From the NCBI GenBank assembly GCA_022709665.1, contig JAKLIJ010000001.1:2131-66130 (forward strand): DNA of 64,000 nt, read 5' to 3'. Made by a program: the position numbers and the translations under genes. Source of the stretch: Bacteroidota bacterium. Its GTDB lineage: Bacteria; Bacteroidota; Bacteroidia; Bacteroidales; VadinHA17. The notes under the pieces are model-generated. The model had not been told where the DNA came from, ran no database searches, and saw only the letters and a program-made list of their open reading frames with translations. Below, piece after piece: positions 18,215 to 28,516 of the stretch. Positions within the stretch are counted from its first letter, which is position 1. The number at the start of each line of letters is the position of its first letter.

Positions 18215-18242
18215 GAAAACTTTGTAAACTAAAATAGTTTTC
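18215..18242. promoter_or_regulatory. Candidate TetR operator (inverted repeat gaaaact-N14-agttttc)
   Basis: 7-bp perfect inverted repeat ending 27 nt upstream of the TetR start codon, overlapping a TTTG...(c)AtTTTTG promoter-like region. The assignment is purely positional. Confidence 0.25.
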
Positions 18243-18268
18243 TCATTTTTGCCCGTCAATTTTCAAGA

Positions 18269-18886
18269 ATGGATTACAGGCAGAAAATACTCGAGGAAGC
18301 AGCGGAGATGTTCCGGATTTACGGGATAAGGGCAGTGACGATGGATATGCTTGCAGCGAGGATGAGCATTTCGAAAAGGACTATATATGAAGTTTTCCGC
18401 GACAAGGAAGAGCTGCTCAAAGGAGTTCTTAAATGGATGTCGGAAAAGCAGAGCGAAATTCTGATGAAATATTTCAATGAATCGGAAAATGTGATAGAGG
18501 CTGTTTTCAGAATGCTCGACAGGATGTTCGAACACTTCAGGAACATGTCGCCTGCCTTTCGCCTCGATATGAAAAGGATCAAAAGGGAGCTTGGCGACTA
18601 TCACGATATGATGAAGGAGATGCCATACTTTTCAAATAATGCCGAGATTCTTAACAGGGGAATTAAAGAGGGACTTTTCAGGGATGACATAGATGTGGAA
18701 CTGACAAGCCGCCTTATGCTTGATATGCTGAAGATTACGGGTGATCAGGATATGTTGCCTCATGAAAATCAGGATTTTGCAAATTGCGCCAGGGAGTTTT
18801 ACATCAATTACCTTAGGGGTATATCCACACCCAAAGGTCTTGACCTGATAAACAGGTATGATTCCCTTAAGAAATCGGTTAACTAA
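18269..18886 (+). CDS. TetR/AcrR-family transcriptional regulator
   Basis: 205 aa. The N-terminal HTH ILEEAAEMFRIYGIRAVTMDMLAARMSISKRTIYEVFRDKEELL is a TetR_N signature. It lies upstream of the efflux operon. Confidence 0.9.
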   Translation: MDYRQKILEEAAEMFRIYGIRAVTMDMLAARMSISKRTIYEVFRDKEELLKGVLKWMSEKQSEILMKYFNESENVIEAVFRMLDRMFEHFRNMSPAFRLDMKRIKRELGDYHDMMKEMPYFSNNAEILNRGIKEGLFRDDIDVELTSRLMLDMLKITGDQDMLPHENQDFANCAREFYINYLRGISTPKGLDLINRYDSLKKSVN

Positions 18887-19017
18887 ACTGTTATAAGAAA
18901 ACAGATGATTAATATTCAGCTTATGAAACCCGGATTTGAAAAATACACAAGCACGTATGTGTATGATTTTCAGCCATACGGGTTGCATCATAATATTAGA
19001 TTTAAAATTAAATTAGG

Positions 19018-20355
19018 ATGAAACGAAAAATTTTGATTGGAACTGTGTGTTTATTCATGTTGACCGGTACAGCCGTCCTGGCGCAGCCGGATACCGGAGG
19101 TCTGACACTCTCCCTTGGGGAAGCCCAGGAGTATGCCCTTGCCCACAACATGGCAGTTATTAATGCCAGAGCCGATGTGGAGGCTTCAAAAGCAGCTTTA
19201 TGGGAAACTATCTCTGCCGCTCTTCCGCAGGTCAGCGTTTCAGGTACATTTGCTGACAACCTGAAGCTTATGACCACACTTCTGCCCGGTGAGTTCTTCG
19301 GCCAGCCGGGAACAAAAATACCGGTCACCTTCGGAAGCCAGTTCAATACCAGCGCATCGATGGATGCAAGTCTTCTGCTTTTCAACGCCCCGCTTTACAT
19401 AGGAATCGAGACAACAAAGCTGGCTCAGAAGCTTTCACAGCAAAACCTTCAGAAATCAGAGCTGGAAACCAGGGAATCTGTCAGCCTTACATATTTTCTG
19501 ATACTCGTCGCAGAGAAATCAGCCGGTCTCCTGGAGGAAAACCTGGTTAACATGAATGAACTTCTGCGGTCGACAAAGTCGATGTATTCCGCAGGTATGG
19601 CTGAAATGACTGATGTGGACCAGATGCAGATCAATGTGACTATGGTCGAAAACAACAAGAGCACCCTTGAGAGGACTATAGAACTTAATTACAATCTTCT
19701 CAGATTTCAGCTCGGAGTTCCGGCAGCCACTGAAATAAAGCTCACAGAGACTCTCGACGGGCTTACATCCATGATTAATGTTGAGTCGCTCGTATCTCAG
19801 GAATTTGATGTCAGAAAGAATATCGACTTCATGCTTGTAGAGGGTCAGGAAATGATCTCCGAGCTCAACCTCAAATCGCAGAAAGCATCTGTTCTGCCTA
19901 CCCTGGCAGGATTCTACAACTATGGCAAAAACGGTATGGGCGACAAGATCAATGATCAGCAATGGTTTGACAACTCAATGATAGGTCTTAACATTTCGGT
20001 ACCAATATTTGCCAGCGGCCAGAGATATTCAAAAATAAGGCAGGCCCAGATCGGACTTGAAAAAGCAAGGACCACCAGGGAAATGGTTTCTGCACAGCTT
20101 CTTATCCAGGAGAGGCAGCTGAGGTACAATCTTGTCAACGCCAACCTTCAGTACAGCAGCCAGAAAGAAAATGTCGAGGTTTCAAAAAGGGTTTACGAAA
20201 GCACATCCAACAAGTTCAAACAGGGTATGGCTTCGAGCATTGACCTGACACAGGCAAGCAACCAGCTTCTGCAGGCCGAAAGCAGTTATGTTTCAGCCCT
20301 GATGGACCTCCTGCAAAGCAAAGTCGCACTCGACAAACTTTTAAATAATTTGTAA
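19018..20355 (+). CDS. TolC-family outer-membrane efflux protein
   Basis: 445 aa with a signal peptide and duplicated coiled-coil/beta repeats, with typical L..A...A...N......A..D...A motifs. It is the first gene of the efflux operon. Confidence 0.88.
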   Translation: MKRKILIGTVCLFMLTGTAVLAQPDTGGLTLSLGEAQEYALAHNMAVINARADVEASKAALWETISAALPQVSVSGTFADNLKLMTTLLPGEFFGQPGTKIPVTFGSQFNTSASMDASLLLFNAPLYIGIETTKLAQKLSQQNLQKSELETRESVSLTYFLILVAEKSAGLLEENLVNMNELLRSTKSMYSAGMAEMTDVDQMQINVTMVENNKSTLERTIELNYNLLRFQLGVPAATEIKLTETLDGLTSMINVESLVSQEFDVRKNIDFMLVEGQEMISELNLKSQKASVLPTLAGFYNYGKNGMGDKINDQQWFDNSMIGLNISVPIFASGQRYSKIRQAQIGLEKARTTREMVSAQLLIQERQLRYNLVNANLQYSSQKENVEVSKRVYESTSNKFKQGMASSIDLTQASNQLLQAESSYVSALMDLLQSKVALDKLLNNL

Positions 20356-20377
20356 TCACGCAATAACAGACAGAATA

Positions 20378-21430
20378 ATGAACTACTTAAGAACATTTCA
20401 GGTAATCCTTGTATCGGGGCTTGTACTTACAGCCTGTTCGCCCAACAAGACAAATGATCCGGCTGCAGCTTCTGCAACAGAAAAAGCAGCAATCCCGGTA
20501 AGGGTTGAATCCCTTACAAAAACCAAAATAGCCAGGACAATCGATTACACTGCCACTGTGCTTCCCTATGAGGAAGTCAATATGGCGCCGGCAACACCGG
20601 GAAGGATAGAAAAAATATACGTTGAAAACGGCGACAGGGTTAACAAGGGCGATCAGCTGTTCCTTATGGACCGTTCTCAGCTTTACCAGCTGAAACTGCA
20701 GCTTGCCAGCCTGGCAAAAGACCTCTCGAGGCTTGACACCCTTCTTGCTACCGGCAGCGCTAAACAGCAGCAATACGATCAGCTTAAGACTCAGTACGAC
20801 GTCACAAAGACCAACGTGGATTTTATGGAAGAAAATACTCTCCTGAAGGCTCCATTCAGCGGGATTATCACCGGAAAATACTTTGAGGACGGAGAGATAT
20901 ACTCGGGTACACCAACAACCACAACAGGAAGATCGGCTGTTGTGACACTTATGCAGATTAATCCCCTGAAGGTTGAGGTCGCAGTATCCGAACAGTATTA
21001 TCCCCAGGTAAAAAGGGGAATGAAAGCAAGCATAACAGCAGATGTCTACAAGGATGAAGTATTCACAGGAACAGTATTCCGCAAGGCCCCTACGGTAAGT
21101 TCTGTCACCAGATCCTTTATTGCCGAAATAGAGCTTGCCAACAGGAATGAGCTTCTCAAACCCGGAATGTTCGTCAGGGTAGCTATGGACATGGGAGAAG
21201 TCGAGACCTTTGTCGTCCCGGCAGCTGCCGTCCTGCTCCAGGAAGGAACAAACATCCGGTATGTGTACATCGAGGATCAGGGTGTTGCCAAACGGGTTGA
21301 GGTTACTGTCGGAAAAAGATTTGACGACCAGTTGGAGATCATATCAGACAATATATCAGAAGGAAGCAGACTTGTTACTGAAGGCCAGTCGAGGCTGATA
21401 AACGGCGACAAGCTTGAAATTGCACAGTAA
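20378..21430 (+). CDS. Efflux RND transporter periplasmic adaptor (MFP/HlyD family)
   Basis: 350 aa with a lipoprotein-like signal (LVLTAC), a biotinyl-lipoyl-like motif (G.I..I.V.NGD.V.KGD.LF.MD), a coiled-coil and beta-barrel domains. Confidence 0.88.
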   Translation: MNYLRTFQVILVSGLVLTACSPNKTNDPAAASATEKAAIPVRVESLTKTKIARTIDYTATVLPYEEVNMAPATPGRIEKIYVENGDRVNKGDQLFLMDRSQLYQLKLQLASLAKDLSRLDTLLATGSAKQQQYDQLKTQYDVTKTNVDFMEENTLLKAPFSGIITGKYFEDGEIYSGTPTTTTGRSAVVTLMQINPLKVEVAVSEQYYPQVKRGMKASITADVYKDEVFTGTVFRKAPTVSSVTRSFIAEIELANRNELLKPGMFVRVAMDMGEVETFVVPAAAVLLQEGTNIRYVYIEDQGVAKRVEVTVGKRFDDQLEIISDNISEGSRLVTEGQSRLINGDKLEIAQ

Positions 21431-21452
21431 GAAATCAATATAGTAGAAAAAG

Positions 21453-24400
21453 ATGAGTATATACAGTTCATCCGTAAACAGACCGGTTACTACCATCCTG
21501 ATATTCGTCGCGGTGGTTGTTATCGGACTCTATTCACTGACGCAGCTGCCGGTAGACCTTTACCCGGAAATTGAACTTCCCTTCGTGGGTGTCGTAACCA
21601 CCTATCCGGGAACAAGCGCGTCGGATATCGAAACCAATATTACAAGACCGGTGGAGGATGCCCTCAACTCGGTGTCCAATCTGAAAGAGATGACTTCAAC
21701 CTCAAGCGACGGACTGTCGGTGATATTTATGAATTTTGAATACGGCACAAACCTCGATGAAGCAACAAATGATATAAGAAGCAACCTGAGCTTTATTGAG
21801 AGCTATCTTCCCGAAGACTCGGAGAAGCCTACCGTTATGAAATTCAACTCAAGTATGATGCCCATTATTTTCTATGCAATCACTGCGCAGGAAAGTTACA
21901 GGGGCCTTGAGAAAATTCTTGACGAAAAAATCGTAAACCCCCTGAACAGGATCGAAGGAGTCGGATCGGTAAGCCTGGCCGGAGTGCCCGGAAGAAAGGT
22001 CTACATAGATGTTGACCCCAGAAAAATGGAAGCCTATCACCTTACCATTGAACAGATAGGAGGCATACTGGCCGCAGAAAACCTTAATATGCCCGCAGGC
22101 TACATAGAAATGGGCCAGACCGACTATCCCCTGAGAATACAGGGAGAATTCCCGGAGAGCGACATCATAAAGGACATTGTTGTAAGCAGCTATAACGGAA
22201 ACAATGTCTACCTGAAGGATGTGGCCGTGGTGCGCGATACAATCCGCGAAACCAAACTCGATACAAGGGTTAACGGACGCCAGGGGATGACAATGTTTGT
22301 TCAGAAACAGTCGGGAGGAAATACTGTTAAGGTTACAAAGGATATCGAGGAAACTCTTGAGACACTGAAGAATGACCTACCTCCCGATGTGAAGATCGAA
22401 AAAATGTTCGACAGCGCTACATTTATAAAGGATTCAGTAAATAACCTCGCCGAAACCCTGCTTTATGCAGGTATCTTTGTTGTGCTTGTTGTACTGTTCT
22501 TCCTTGGACGATGGAGGGCTACTGTCATAATTATCGTCACCATCCCGATATCACTGGTGGTGGCATTCATCTACCTCTTTGTCACGGGAGAATCGGTCAA
22601 CATAATCTCGCTGACATCTCTTTCGATAGCCATAGGTATGGTTGTCGACGATGCCATTGTGGTACTGGAAAACATCACCAAACACGTGGAAAGGGGAAGC
22701 AGGCCCAGGGAAGCAGCCATCTATGCAACCAATGAGGTGTGGCTTGCTGTTATCGTTTCCACCCTTACTGTTGTGGCTGTTTTCTTCCCTCTGACTTTCG
22801 TGTCGGGACTGACAGGTGTTCTCTTCAAGCAACTCGGAATGCTGGTTACTATCACAATTGTGACCTCCGTTATTGCTGCTATCACCCTTACTCCGACAAT
22901 GAGCGCCCTCATGCTGAAATGGTATCCCATACGCACGGATGCACCTTTCTGGACATACGACGGGAGTATCCGCAAATGGCTCGACTCTTTTGACGGTTTC
23001 TACGAAAGGACAATCCGCTGGGTTCTTCACCATAAGAGATTCACCGTGATCCTGGCAATTGCAATATTTGCAGGGTCAATGCTGCTGTTCACTGTTATCA
23101 ACACCGAGTTCTTCCCCGAGGCCGACCAGTCGCAGATAACTCTTACTGTTGAACTTCAGACAGGCACAAGAGTGGATGAAACATTGAAAACTACCGACAA
23201 GATCGACAAGATACTCCAGGCAAAGTACCCTGAAATAGAACTGCTTTCATCTTCGACAGGAGTTGATGATGAAGGAGGATTCACATCGATGTTCGGCGCC
23301 GGTGGAACTCATGTGATTACCTATTCGTTAAGCCTCGTGGATCCTGAAGACAGGGAGAAAAGCATAACTGACCTCGCAGAGGAGATGAGAGCCGATATGA
23401 AAGGTATACCGGAGATAATAGATTTTACGGTGAGCACATCGGAAAGCATGGGAACATTCGGAAGCAATACCGTGGATGTTGAAATATATGGTTACAATAT
23501 CTCGGAAACCAATATAGTCGCCGAAGACGTTGCAGCAAGGATCAGAAAACTCCCCGGGGCCAAGGATGTGACTATCAGCCGCGATAAGTCAAAACCCGAA
23601 CTTCAGATCATCCTCGATCAGAAAAAGATGATGTCCAACGGACTCAATACTGCCACTGTTTCAACAGCAATCAGGAACAGGGTAGGCGGTATGACCGCTA
23701 CAAGATTGAGGCAGACCGGTGACGAATACGATGTAGTGGTCCGTTTCGAGGAAAAATCAAGACAGACTCTTACCGACATAGAGAATATAGGAATAACGAA
23801 TCCTGCAGGTCAGATCATCAGGCTTGCAGAAATTGCCCAGATTAAGGAATACTGGTCTCCGCCAAGCATCCAGAGGCAAAGAAGGGAAAGGATAGTTACC
23901 GTTTCATTCACACCTTACAAAGAGTCTCTAACCGTCCTTCAGGCTGAAGTCCAGAAAATTATCGACGAAACCACAGTTCCTTATGGCGTAATGGTCCAGA
24001 TCTCCGGAGCTATTGAGGAACAGATGGAAGCATTCATGGATATTGCTTTTCTGATCGTGGTCAGCCTTATCCTGGTTTACCTGGTTATGGCATCACAGTT
24101 CGAATCACTTAAGATGCCGCTTATAATTATGATAGCCATACCTTTCGCATTCTCGGGAGTGGCAATAGCTCTTTTCCTTACAAACACCACCCTTAGCGTA
24201 ATATCTGCCATCGGCGCAGTAATGCTTATCGGTATTGTGGTGAAGAATGCCATTGTGCTTGTTGACTTTATTAACCTGATGAGGGAAAGAGGTCATGAAC
24301 TCTATGAAGCAGTAGAAATATCCGGAAGATCGAGGCTCAGGCCAGTGCTTATGACCACTGCAACCACCATCCTTGGGATGCTCCCGCTTGCACTGAGCAC

Positions 24401-24593
24401 AGGCTCAGGCTCAGAACTCTGGAAACCTATGGGGATTGCAGTTATCGGGGGACTTGTATTTTCTACACTCGTCACCCTGATTATGGTACCCGTTATTTAT
24501 GTCCTCTTCGCCAGAAAAGGCGAACGTAACAGGCAACTGGCGGTTTACTCGGAAATGGATTTCCTCGACGACAGGAACGGAAATACCAGATAG
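21453..24593 (+). CDS. Efflux RND transporter permease subunit (AcrB/CzcA superfamily)
   Basis: 1046 aa with a 12-TM architecture and two large periplasmic loops. It has conserved SIAIGMVVDDAIVVLENI and AIGAVMLIGIVVKNAIVLVDF motifs. Confidence 0.93.
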   Translation: MSIYSSSVNRPVTTILIFVAVVVIGLYSLTQLPVDLYPEIELPFVGVVTTYPGTSASDIETNITRPVEDALNSVSNLKEMTSTSSDGLSVIFMNFEYGTNLDEATNDIRSNLSFIESYLPEDSEKPTVMKFNSSMMPIIFYAITAQESYRGLEKILDEKIVNPLNRIEGVGSVSLAGVPGRKVYIDVDPRKMEAYHLTIEQIGGILAAENLNMPAGYIEMGQTDYPLRIQGEFPESDIIKDIVVSSYNGNNVYLKDVAVVRDTIRETKLDTRVNGRQGMTMFVQKQSGGNTVKVTKDIEETLETLKNDLPPDVKIEKMFDSATFIKDSVNNLAETLLYAGIFVVLVVLFFLGRWRATVIIIVTIPISLVVAFIYLFVTGESVNIISLTSLSIAIGMVVDDAIVVLENITKHVERGSRPREAAIYATNEVWLAVIVSTLTVVAVFFPLTFVSGLTGVLFKQLGMLVTITIVTSVIAAITLTPTMSALMLKWYPIRTDAPFWTYDGSIRKWLDSFDGFYERTIRWVLHHKRFTVILAIAIFAGSMLLFTVINTEFFPEADQSQITLTVELQTGTRVDETLKTTDKIDKILQAKYPEIELLSSSTGVDDEGGFTSMFGAGGTHVITYSLSLVDPEDREKSITDLAEEMRADMKGIPEIIDFTVSTSESMGTFGSNTVDVEIYGYNISETNIVAEDVAARIRKLPGAKDVTISRDKSKPELQIILDQKKMMSNGLNTATVSTAIRNRVGGMTATRLRQTGDEYDVVVRFEEKSRQTLTDIENIGITNPAGQIIRLAEIAQIKEYWSPPSIQRQRRERIVTVSFTPYKESLTVLQAEVQKIIDETTVPYGVMVQISGAIEEQMEAFMDIAFLIVVSLILVYLVMASQFESLKMPLIIMIAIPFAFSGVAIALFLTNTTLSVISAIGAVMLIGIVVKNAIVLVDFINLMRERGHELYEAVEISGRSRLRPVLMTTATTILGMLPLALSTGSGSELWKPMGIAVIGGLVFSTLVTLIMVPVIYVLFARKGERNRQLAVYSEMDFLDDRNGNTR

Positions 24594-24636
24594 TCGGAAA
24601 AGATTGAGTGATAATTAATTGCAAAAAACGTCAGAA

Positions 24637-24930
24637 ATGAAAGCTGTGATGATAATTTTTAACCAGGCACACACCGAAAGAGTGGAGTACCTGTTTGACA
24701 AGCTCGGAATAAAAGGCTATTCACTCTGGGAAGATGTACAGGGAAGAGGCAGCAATACCGGAGTCCCGCACCTGGGAACCCATGCATGGCCCGAAATCAA
24801 CAAGATCGCGATGGCCGTTATGAACGACGACCTTGTTGAAAATGTTCTTTCAGCAGTAAGGAAAATCGATTCCATTAATGAAGAGGTAGGAATCCGCGCC
24901 TTCGTCTGGGATATAAAACAGGAAGTTTAA
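24637..24930 (+). CDS. Small P-II-like, transporter-associated protein (PG0541-like)
   Basis: ATG at 24637 is preferred over the TTG at 24619. The product is 97 aa, MKAVMIIFNQA..VE.L....GI.GYS.W..V.GRGS, a beta-alpha-beta P-II-like pattern, directly following the RND pump as this family usually does. Confidence 0.65.
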   Translation: MKAVMIIFNQAHTERVEYLFDKLGIKGYSLWEDVQGRGSNTGVPHLGTHAWPEINKIAMAVMNDDLVENVLSAVRKIDSINEEVGIRAFVWDIKQEV

Positions 24931-24981
24931 ATAACCTGAAGTGCCCGTTAAGAAATAACGGCACCAACGGAACCACAGAAA

Positions 24982-25018
24982 AGAGGTTGATCTCACTTAA
25001 GGAGACAACCTCTTTTTG
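24982..25018 (+). terminator. Rho-independent terminator of the efflux operon
   Basis: Stem agaggttg/caacctct followed by ttttt. It is preceded by a second hairpin gtgcc(c)gtta-agaaa-taacggcac at 24941-24964. Confidence 0.75.
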
Positions 25019-25207
25019 CTAAAGATACCCCGGATTACAGGGGATAGATTAATAAATTAGAATTATTGTTTGTATACCCCATTTGAAACAGGGGGGTAAC
25101 GAAAAAAATGATAATAATTACATAAAATTATTAAAAATTAAGGGGGTGTTTCCGAAAAAATTGATATTTTTATGCAGAATTTCGTTATCATTTAATAAAA
25201 ATCTGCC

Positions 25208-25888
25208 ATGGGAAGACTGAAATTTTTGACCGGAACTGCATTTCTGCTGCTGATTACAAACTCTTTAGCCGTGAAGGTAAATGCCCAGGAAGATTCAGGC
25301 GGTAAATTCAGTGTCAATGCCGACCTTTTCAGCAGTTATGTCTGGAGAGGGTCAAAACTCGGAAATGGTCCGGCGTTTCAGCCTTCAGTAAGTTTCGGGA
25401 GCGGAGGACTGACAGCAGGAGTGTGGGGTTCCTTTGACGCCGGAGGCTATATGGAGGCTGATCCCTATATTTCCTTTTCATTCCCATTCGGACTGAGCCT
25501 GGGGCTTACGGACTACTACATGCCCGACCTTTCACTTTTCGATATATCCGGGGAAACGGGGAGTCACGGACTGGAACTTAATTTTTGTTTTGAGAAGGGA
25601 AACTTCTCGTTGAGCGCAAACTGCATTGTCAACGAAGCCGGGGGCGCAGGATCGGAGGGAGGCGACCTTTACTTCCAGGCAGGATATGCCTTTAAAAACA
25701 TCAGTGTTTTTGCAGGAGCGGGCGACGGCTGGCATACCACCGACGGGGAATTCAACCTGTGCAACCTGGGACTGGAAGTATTGAAGGAGATTCAGGTGAC
25801 CGACAGGTTCTCAATTCCGGTAACAGGGCAGATCGTGGTCAATCCGGAAAGTGAAAAGCTGTTCGTGGTGGCAGGGATATCCTTCTGA
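25208..25888 (+). CDS. TorF-like putative outer-membrane beta-barrel porin
   Basis: 226 aa with a signal peptide (..AVKVNAQ). The pattern F.V.ADL.S.YVWRG....GPA.QPSV resembles the TorF/Gcw_chp putative porin family, it ends in an aromatic residue (..GISF), and it has an alternating beta-strand pattern. Confidence 0.65.
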   Translation: MGRLKFLTGTAFLLLITNSLAVKVNAQEDSGGKFSVNADLFSSYVWRGSKLGNGPAFQPSVSFGSGGLTAGVWGSFDAGGYMEADPYISFSFPFGLSLGLTDYYMPDLSLFDISGETGSHGLELNFCFEKGNFSLSANCIVNEAGGAGSEGGDLYFQAGYAFKNISVFAGAGDGWHTTDGEFNLCNLGLEVLKEIQVTDRFSIPVTGQIVVNPESEKLFVVAGISF

Positions 25889-25906
25889 AAAGGGCGGATA
25901 AAGAAA

Positions 25907-25928
25907 AACCCGGTCAGATGACCGGGTT
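25907..25928. terminator. Bidirectional hairpin terminator between convergent genes
   Basis: aacccggtc-agat-gaccgggtt with A-rich sequence on the left and T-containing sequence on the right. It lies between the stop at 25888 (+) and the stop at 25947 (-). Confidence 0.6.
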
Positions 25929-25946
25929 CTACCATATTGTTTATTA

Positions 25947-28103
25947 TTATTCTTCCTCTTCTTCTTCTGAGTAAGCCTTGATAACCGACTCCTGAACTTC
26001 GGAAGGTACCTGAGCATATTCTGAAAACTTCATGGTATACATTGCACGCCCTCCTGTAATGGAGCTGAGAGCTGTCGAGTACTTGTTCATCTCGGCCAGC
26101 GGCACTCTTGCCTTGATAACTTCAAGCCTCTTGTGGCTCGACATTCCGATTACCATCCCGCGCCTGCCCTGAAGGTCACTGATCACATCACCCATCCTGT
26201 CGGAAGGAACCATGATCTCAACGTCGTAAATGGGCTCAAGGATCTTTGGCCCGGCATTCTTGAAGGCTGTGCTGAATGCATTTCTCCCTGCAAGCCTGAA
26301 GGAAATTTCGTTGGAGTCGACAGGGTGCATTTTGCCATCATAAACATATACCCGGATATCACGGGCATATGAACCAGTCAATGGGCCAATTTCCATTTTC
26401 TCCATTATACCCTTGAGAATTGCAGGCATAAACCTTGCGTCGATCGATCCTCCGACTATACAGTTGACATAGATAAGCTTGCCGCCCCAGTCGAGGTCGA
26501 TCTCGTCCTTGGCTCTTATGGAAAGCTTTATTTCCTTGTTGCCGAATTTCATCATCGTTAGTTCAGGGCTTCCCTCAGTGTAAGGTTCAATAATAAGATG
26601 AACCTCTCCGAACTGACCTGCTCCGCCCGACTGTTTCTTATGACGGTAATCTGCCTGAGCAGCTTTGGTGATCGTCTCACGGTAAGGTATCCTGGGCGGA
26701 TTGAAATTGGTCGGTATCTTGTAAATGTTGTCAAGGTGCCATTTCATAATATTAAGATGGTATTCACCCTGGCCATGAACTATAATCTGTTTCAGCTCCT
26801 TTGAATATTCAATCTTTATGGTCGGATCTTCGAGATGAATTTTGTTGAGAGCTTCCCCAAGTTTCTCATCATCACTTTCACTCTGAGCCTTGATTGCCGT
26901 ACGGTATTTTGGTTCTGGGAATGGGACACCCTTGTAGGTCCAGTCGTTACCCGGAGCATTGAGAGTGTGGTCGGTCTTTGTATTCTTAAGTTTTACAAAG
27001 GCGCCAATGTCGCCGGTATGAAGCTCAGGAACCCTTGTCCTGTTTTTACCTGCGCATACATAAAGCTGCGACAGCCGCTCCTTCACTCCGTTTGATGTAT
27101 TTACCACGTCGAGGTTTTCTGTTATCTTTCCGGAATAAACCCTGAAATAGTTGATTTCACCGATGTGTTCCTCTATCGACGACTTGAAGACGTAAACGGA
27201 TGCCGGACCGGCAGGATCGGCCTTTATTTCCGATTCCTTGTTGTTTACAGGTGCAGGCATGTCGCTTATGGATGGAGCTTCACTGAGTATGAATTCCATC
27301 AGCCGGTCAACTCCCATATTGTTTTTGGCCGAAATGCAGAAAACAGGGAACAGGTTCCTTGTGAGAAGTCCCCTGGCTATTCCTTTTTTGATTTCTTCTT
27401 CGGAAAGAGAATCGTTGGTGAAAAAAAGCTCCATAAGTGATTCATCGCTTTCGGCAGCTTTTTCAACCAGCGCAGAATGAAGCTCTTCGGCTTTTGAGGA
27501 CTGGTCGGCGGGAATATCAAGCACTTTTGCAACACCGCCCTCCTTCGGGTACTGCAGCATCTTCATCTTAAGCACGTCGATTACTGAATTGAATCCGACA
27601 CCTTCGTTTACAGGATACTGAATAACAACCACATTGTTGCCAAAGCGGTCCTTCATCATCTCAATCGACTTTTCAAAATTGGCCTTTTCATGATCGAGAC
27701 CGTTGACTGCAATTATAAGAGGCTTATGCAGATTCTCGGCATGACGGAAATGGATTTCCGATCCTACCTCAACACCGTTCTGAACATTGATGGTAAGCAC
27801 GGCACAGTCGCTGGCATAAAGTGAGGATATAACACCGCCACTGAAATCATCGAGACCCGGAGTATCGAGTATATTAATTTTCCTGTTCTGGTATTCCGTA
27901 TACATAACGGTTGAAAAAACAGAGTTCCCGTTCTCGTGCTCAATGGGACGATAGTCGGAAACAGTGTTTTTGTTTTCAATAGCGCCTCTTCTTTCGATTA
28001 CTCCTCCATTGAAGAGCATGGCCTCGGCAAGGATAGTCTTGCCCGATCCTGAGTTGCCGATGATCGCAATGCCCTTGATCTGGTCTGTCTGATAGGTTTT
28101 CAT
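25947..28103 (-). CDS. EF-G-like translational GTPase paralog with degenerate G-motifs
   Basis: 718 aa. The P-loop GNSGSGKT is intact, but G3 reads DTPGLDDF (canonical DTPGHVDF) and G4 reads NGLD (canonical NKxD). EF-G domains III-V are recognisable (e.g. ILEPIYDVEIMVPSDRMGDVISDLQGRRGMVIGM). It has an acidic EEEEEE tail. Confidence 0.85.
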   Translation of the reverse strand: MKTYQTDQIKGIAIIGNSGSGKTILAEAMLFNGGVIERRGAIENKNTVSDYRPIEHENGNSVFSTVMYTEYQNRKINILDTPGLDDFSGGVISSLYASDCAVLTINVQNGVEVGSEIHFRHAENLHKPLIIAVNGLDHEKANFEKSIEMMKDRFGNNVVVIQYPVNEGVGFNSVIDVLKMKMLQYPKEGGVAKVLDIPADQSSKAEELHSALVEKAAESDESLMELFFTNDSLSEEEIKKGIARGLLTRNLFPVFCISAKNNMGVDRLMEFILSEAPSISDMPAPVNNKESEIKADPAGPASVYVFKSSIEEHIGEINYFRVYSGKITENLDVVNTSNGVKERLSQLYVCAGKNRTRVPELHTGDIGAFVKLKNTKTDHTLNAPGNDWTYKGVPFPEPKYRTAIKAQSESDDEKLGEALNKIHLEDPTIKIEYSKELKQIIVHGQGEYHLNIMKWHLDNIYKIPTNFNPPRIPYRETITKAAQADYRHKKQSGGAGQFGEVHLIIEPYTEGSPELTMMKFGNKEIKLSIRAKDEIDLDWGGKLIYVNCIVGGSIDARFMPAILKGIMEKMEIGPLTGSYARDIRVYVYDGKMHPVDSNEISFRLAGRNAFSTAFKNAGPKILEPIYDVEIMVPSDRMGDVISDLQGRRGMVIGMSSHKRLEVIKARVPLAEMNKYSTALSSITGGRAMYTMKFSEYAQVPSEVQESVIKAYSEEEEEE

Positions 28104-28437
28104 GTCTGGCTGTATGTTTATTATATTATTATATATTCCTGATTTAGAGTGGGCAAAAATAATAAATTTTTAAAAACCGATTAAGAGAGTGTACATAATT
28201 AAGAAATATTTATTTTCTTTGCAGCAGTTTTTTGAAATGCAGGAGTACCGGTTTTTCTTTCAAGGTAAGTTTACAAAATGAGTATTCTAAGCGGAAAGGT
28301 CGGGAAGGAACCTGTTAATAACTTACATATTTAAGTAAGATATTTCATTTTAGAAGACGTTTGAGATGCCGGTTAATCATGATAACCAGCAGATACAGAT
28401 GTGTATTATGCACCTGATGAAAAAAAGATGATGCTTG

Positions 28438-28470
28438 TTTGTTAATTATTAAATAAAAACAATACCTTTG
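28438..28470 (+). promoter_or_regulatory. Bacteroidetes-type promoter of the ribosomal supercluster (TTTG-N21-TAccTTTG)
   Basis: -33-like TTTG at 28438-41 and -7-like TACCTTTG at 28463-70, about 47 nt upstream of the rpsL ATG. Matches the published Bacteroides consensus TTTG/TAnnTTTG. Confidence 0.5.
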
Positions 28471-28516
28471 CGAACCAATTTTTCAAAGGATTTTAATGTA
28501 AAAACAGTACTATATT

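Noticed and set aside
28104-28516. The 413-nt gap upstream of rpsL as a possible ncRNA or small-ORF locus.
   Set aside because: It is AT-rich and lacks stable hairpins. Only trivial ORFs are present (e.g. a 15-codon ATG frame). It is adequately explained as two divergent promoter/leader regions (EF-G paralog and rpsL).
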